From: Alphaproteobacteria bacterium
GTDB lineage: Bacteria > Pseudomonadota > Alphaproteobacteria > Reyranellales > JAQSWP01
Assembly: GCA_037190765.1 (NCBI GenBank)
Contig: JBBCJW010000097.1
Location: 1-24,000 of the forward strand
Direction of reading: 5' to 3'
DNA length: 24,000 nucleotides
The notes under the pieces are model-generated. The model ran no database searches. It was not told where the DNA came from and saw only the letters and a list, made by a program, of their open reading frames with translations. Positions 22,115-24,000 of the stretch are shown here, piece by piece (position 1 is the first letter of the stretch; each line of letters starts with the position of its first letter). The translations under genes and the position numbers were made by a program.

Positions 22115-22876
22115 ATGAACGTACCCCTGATGCCGAAGGCAACCGCCGTCTGGCTGGTGGACAACACGACGCTGAGCTTTCGCCAGATCGCCGAGTTCTG
22201 CGGCATGCACGAACTGGAAGTGCAGGCGATCGCCGACGGCGAGGTGGCGGCCGGCATCGTCGGCGCCGACCCGATCGCCAGCGGCCAGCTGAGCCGCGAG
22301 GAGATCCAGCGCGGCGAGGCCGATCCCTCGGTCAGCCTGCGCCTGGCGCGCAACGACCGGCCGCAGCCGGTGTCGCGGCCCAAGGGCCCGCGCTACACGC
22401 CGGTGGCCAAGCGGCAGGACCGGCCCGACGCCATCGCCTGGCTGCTGAAGAACCATCCCGAGCTGTCGGACGCGCAGATCGCCAAGCTGATCGGCACCAC
22501 CAAGGCGACCATCAACGCCATCCGCGACCGCACCCACTGGAACGCGCCCAATCTCAAGCCGCGCGACCCGGTGCTGCTGGGCCTGTGCTCGATGGCCGAC
22601 CTGCACGCCGCCATCGACCGCGCCCGCCGCAAGGCGGCGCGCAACGGCCAGTCGATCGCCGGCGTCGCCCTGCCCAGCGCCGATCCGGCCGAAGCCGAGC
22701 AGCCCGAGGTCGATCCGGACGTGGACGAGACCGATCCGGTCGAGGCGCTGGACGAGGCCGGTGAGGGCGACGCCATGGACGAGGCGGAGAATCCCGACGA
22801 CGGCATGAGCGAGGTCGATCCGGCCGAAGCCGACCAGCCCGACGTCGATATGCCGGTCGAGCACGACAAGGAATAA
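22115..22876 (+). CDS. trcR: DUF1013-domain protein (TrcR-like cell-cycle regulator family) with a long acidic C-terminal tail
   Basis: PLMPKATAVWLVDNTTLSFRQIAEFCGMHELEVQAIADGEVA... and ...GPRYTPVAKRQDRPDAIAWLLKNHPELSDAQIAKLIGTTKATINAIRDRTHWN match my recollection of DUF1013. The tail from about aa 188 is D/E/P-rich. Confidence 0.7.
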   Translation: MNVPLMPKATAVWLVDNTTLSFRQIAEFCGMHELEVQAIADGEVAAGIVGADPIASGQLSREEIQRGEADPSVSLRLARNDRPQPVSRPKGPRYTPVAKRQDRPDAIAWLLKNHPELSDAQIAKLIGTTKATINAIRDRTHWNAPNLKPRDPVLLGLCSMADLHAAIDRARRKAARNGQSIAGVALPSADPAEAEQPEVDPDVDETDPVEALDEAGEGDAMDEAENPDDGMSEVDPAEADQPDVDMPVEHDKE

Positions 22877-22938
22877 GGGACAGGGCAGCCGCAGAGCCGC
22901 CCTTCTCCTTTCAGGCCGAACAGCTCACGCCGAACGGG

Positions 22939-23832
22939 TCAGGCGGAAGGGACCGGCGGGCGCGGCGTTGCCGCCGTGGCCTGGCGCAGCCAGTCGATGG
23001 CGTGCTGCCATTCGGCCACCGGGAAGTTCTTGCGGAAATAGCCGAAATGGCCGATCTGCTGCTGACCGATCTCGGCCGGTGCTATGGCGCGATACTCGAT
23101 GCGCGCCTTAGGGTAATAGGCGAACAGCGCCTGGATGCAGCCCGGCCGGGCGATGGGATCGTCGGCGAAGCCGGTAAAGTGCATGGGAATGTCGAGAAGG
23201 TGGTTGAACGGGCGCAGCGGCTCGCCGCGCTCGTCGCTGATGTAGTGCGGATTGCGGCAGAAGCGGCGCCACTGGTCGGCGATGCCGGCCGGCAGGCGCG
23301 CCGAGCCGACCCAGTCGCCGGGATAGAAGCCCAGCAGCCGCGTCGCAAGCGGCTGGAACAGATACCAGTTCACCATCAGCCGCCGCCGCTCCCGCTGCGG
23401 CCATAGCCGCCAGTAGCCGCTCTGGGCGGCGACGTGCCACGCCGCGGCGATGCGGTGGGCATTGTCGGCCAGGCCCAGGATCTGGCCGCCGGCGGAATGG
23501 CCGACCACCGCCAGCGCCGCCTCGGGAAAGGACTGCGCCAGAAGATCGAGTGCGGCCGGCATGTCCTTCTCGCCCCAGTCGGTGAAGCGGCCCCGGAAGG
23601 CGCGGATCGGACCGTGCAGCGACTGGCCGGTGCCGCGATAGTCGTAGCTCAGCACCCCCAGCCCCTGCCCCGTGAGGTAGCGGGCGAAGGCGTCGTAGAA
23701 GCGGCGCGGCACGCCGGTGGCCGGGTTGATCAGCACCGCCGGACCGCGCAGGGCGGAGGGCCGGTAGAGCGTGGCGGCCAGCGCATAGCCGTCGCGCGCG
23801 GCGAGCGAAAGATCGGTGACGGACTCGGTCAT
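22939..23832 (-). CDS. Alpha/beta-fold hydrolase, function unknown
   Basis: VLINPATGVPRRFY...YDYRGTGQS and the nucleophile elbow GHSAGG are present. I chose the ATG at 23832 (MTESVTD). The alternative upstream ATG at 23889 cannot be excluded. Confidence 0.7.
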   Translation of the reverse strand: MTESVTDLSLAARDGYALAATLYRPSALRGPAVLINPATGVPRRFYDAFARYLTGQGLGVLSYDYRGTGQSLHGPIRAFRGRFTDWGEKDMPAALDLLAQSFPEAALAVVGHSAGGQILGLADNAHRIAAAWHVAAQSGYWRLWPQRERRRLMVNWYLFQPLATRLLGFYPGDWVGSARLPAGIADQWRRFCRNPHYISDERGEPLRPFNHLLDIPMHFTGFADDPIARPGCIQALFAYYPKARIEYRAIAPAEIGQQQIGHFGYFRKNFPVAEWQHAIDWLRQATAATPRPPVPSA

Positions 23833-23965
23833 GCTGGGAGACTGGGCATCCGCCGCCGCGATCGCAAGTGAGGGAAACCGGCTTCGCATGAACCGGATTC
23901 ATCCGAGAACAGCAGCGACATCCTGTCGATTGAAGCCGGTTCAGGTGAAATGCGCCGGAGCGCGT

Positions 23966-24000
23966 CAATTGCCCTTGGCGTACCCCGCCGGCTTCAGCGC
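23966..24000 (-). CDS. 3' end of an unidentified gene running off the window
   Basis: The minus strand reads ...ALKPAGYAKGN followed by a stop at 23966-23968. Only 11 codons are visible, so this is weak. Confidence 0.2.

Noticed and set aside
20630-22864. 290-aa (20630-21502) and 407-aa (21641-22864) minus-strand ORFs
   Set aside because: The first is real only for its last 62 codons (DUF1192). The rest, and the whole second ORF, are antisense to the quinone oxidoreductase and TrcR-like genes.
1-24000. tRNA, rRNA, integrase, transposase and toxin-antitoxin genes
   Set aside because: I inspected the intergenic regions by eye. I found no cloverleaf-like or rRNA-like sequence, and no ORF has recombinase, transposase or TA hallmarks. 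Absence cannot be proven without tRNAscan, Infernal or HMM searches.

Overview
High-GC chromosomal segment, about 70% G+C by eye. It looks alphaproteobacterial: a DUF1013/TrcR-like gene, DUF1192, an IbpA-type sHSP behind an RpoH-type promoter, and several GC-rich REP families. I count about 27 protein genes and see no rRNA, tRNA, CRISPR array, transposase or integrase. All family calls come from motif recognition by eye, not from searches. Most genes are ordinary: ABCB-type exporter, cyaY, rpmE, GNAT, bioY, ibpA-like sHSP, CBS-BON protein, Zn-ADH, MarR with a PaaI thioesterase and YaiI, DUF169, two alpha/beta hydrolases, metY, 1-Cys peroxiredoxin, YihY/BrkB, bdhA, DUF1192, quinone oxidoreductase and a TrcR-like gene. 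Six things stand out. (1) At the left edge is an orphan MotA/MotB-type stator-like module: an OmpA-like protein, a MotA-family channel, and a MotB-like protein carrying a ~250-aa coiled coil built partly from 42-bp tandem repeats. It has no flagellar, Tol or TonB context. (2) A ~0.85-kb AT-rich island (about 38-45% GC against >70% in the flanks) holds one orphan 266-aa gene with two C-terminal zinc-ribbon motifs. It is wedged between yaiI and a 2H-phosphoesterase gene, and both neighbours run their last codons into the island. (3) A stress micro-locus combines an RpoH-like promoter and a ROSE-like leader on ibpA with a perfect FNR/FixK box (TTGAT-N4-ATCAA). The box sits between a CBS-BON gene and a gutted hsp20 pseudogene that keeps its promoter and terminator. 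(4) Two copies of a ~115-140-bp MITE-like element have hairpin arms made of tandem CACAGAGR octamers. (5) A modular GC-rich REP family occurs in three intergenic regions. (6) An SD-sequestering hairpin with a competing upstream segment lies in the metY leader. Several very long ORFs in the track are antisense artefacts of the high GC content.
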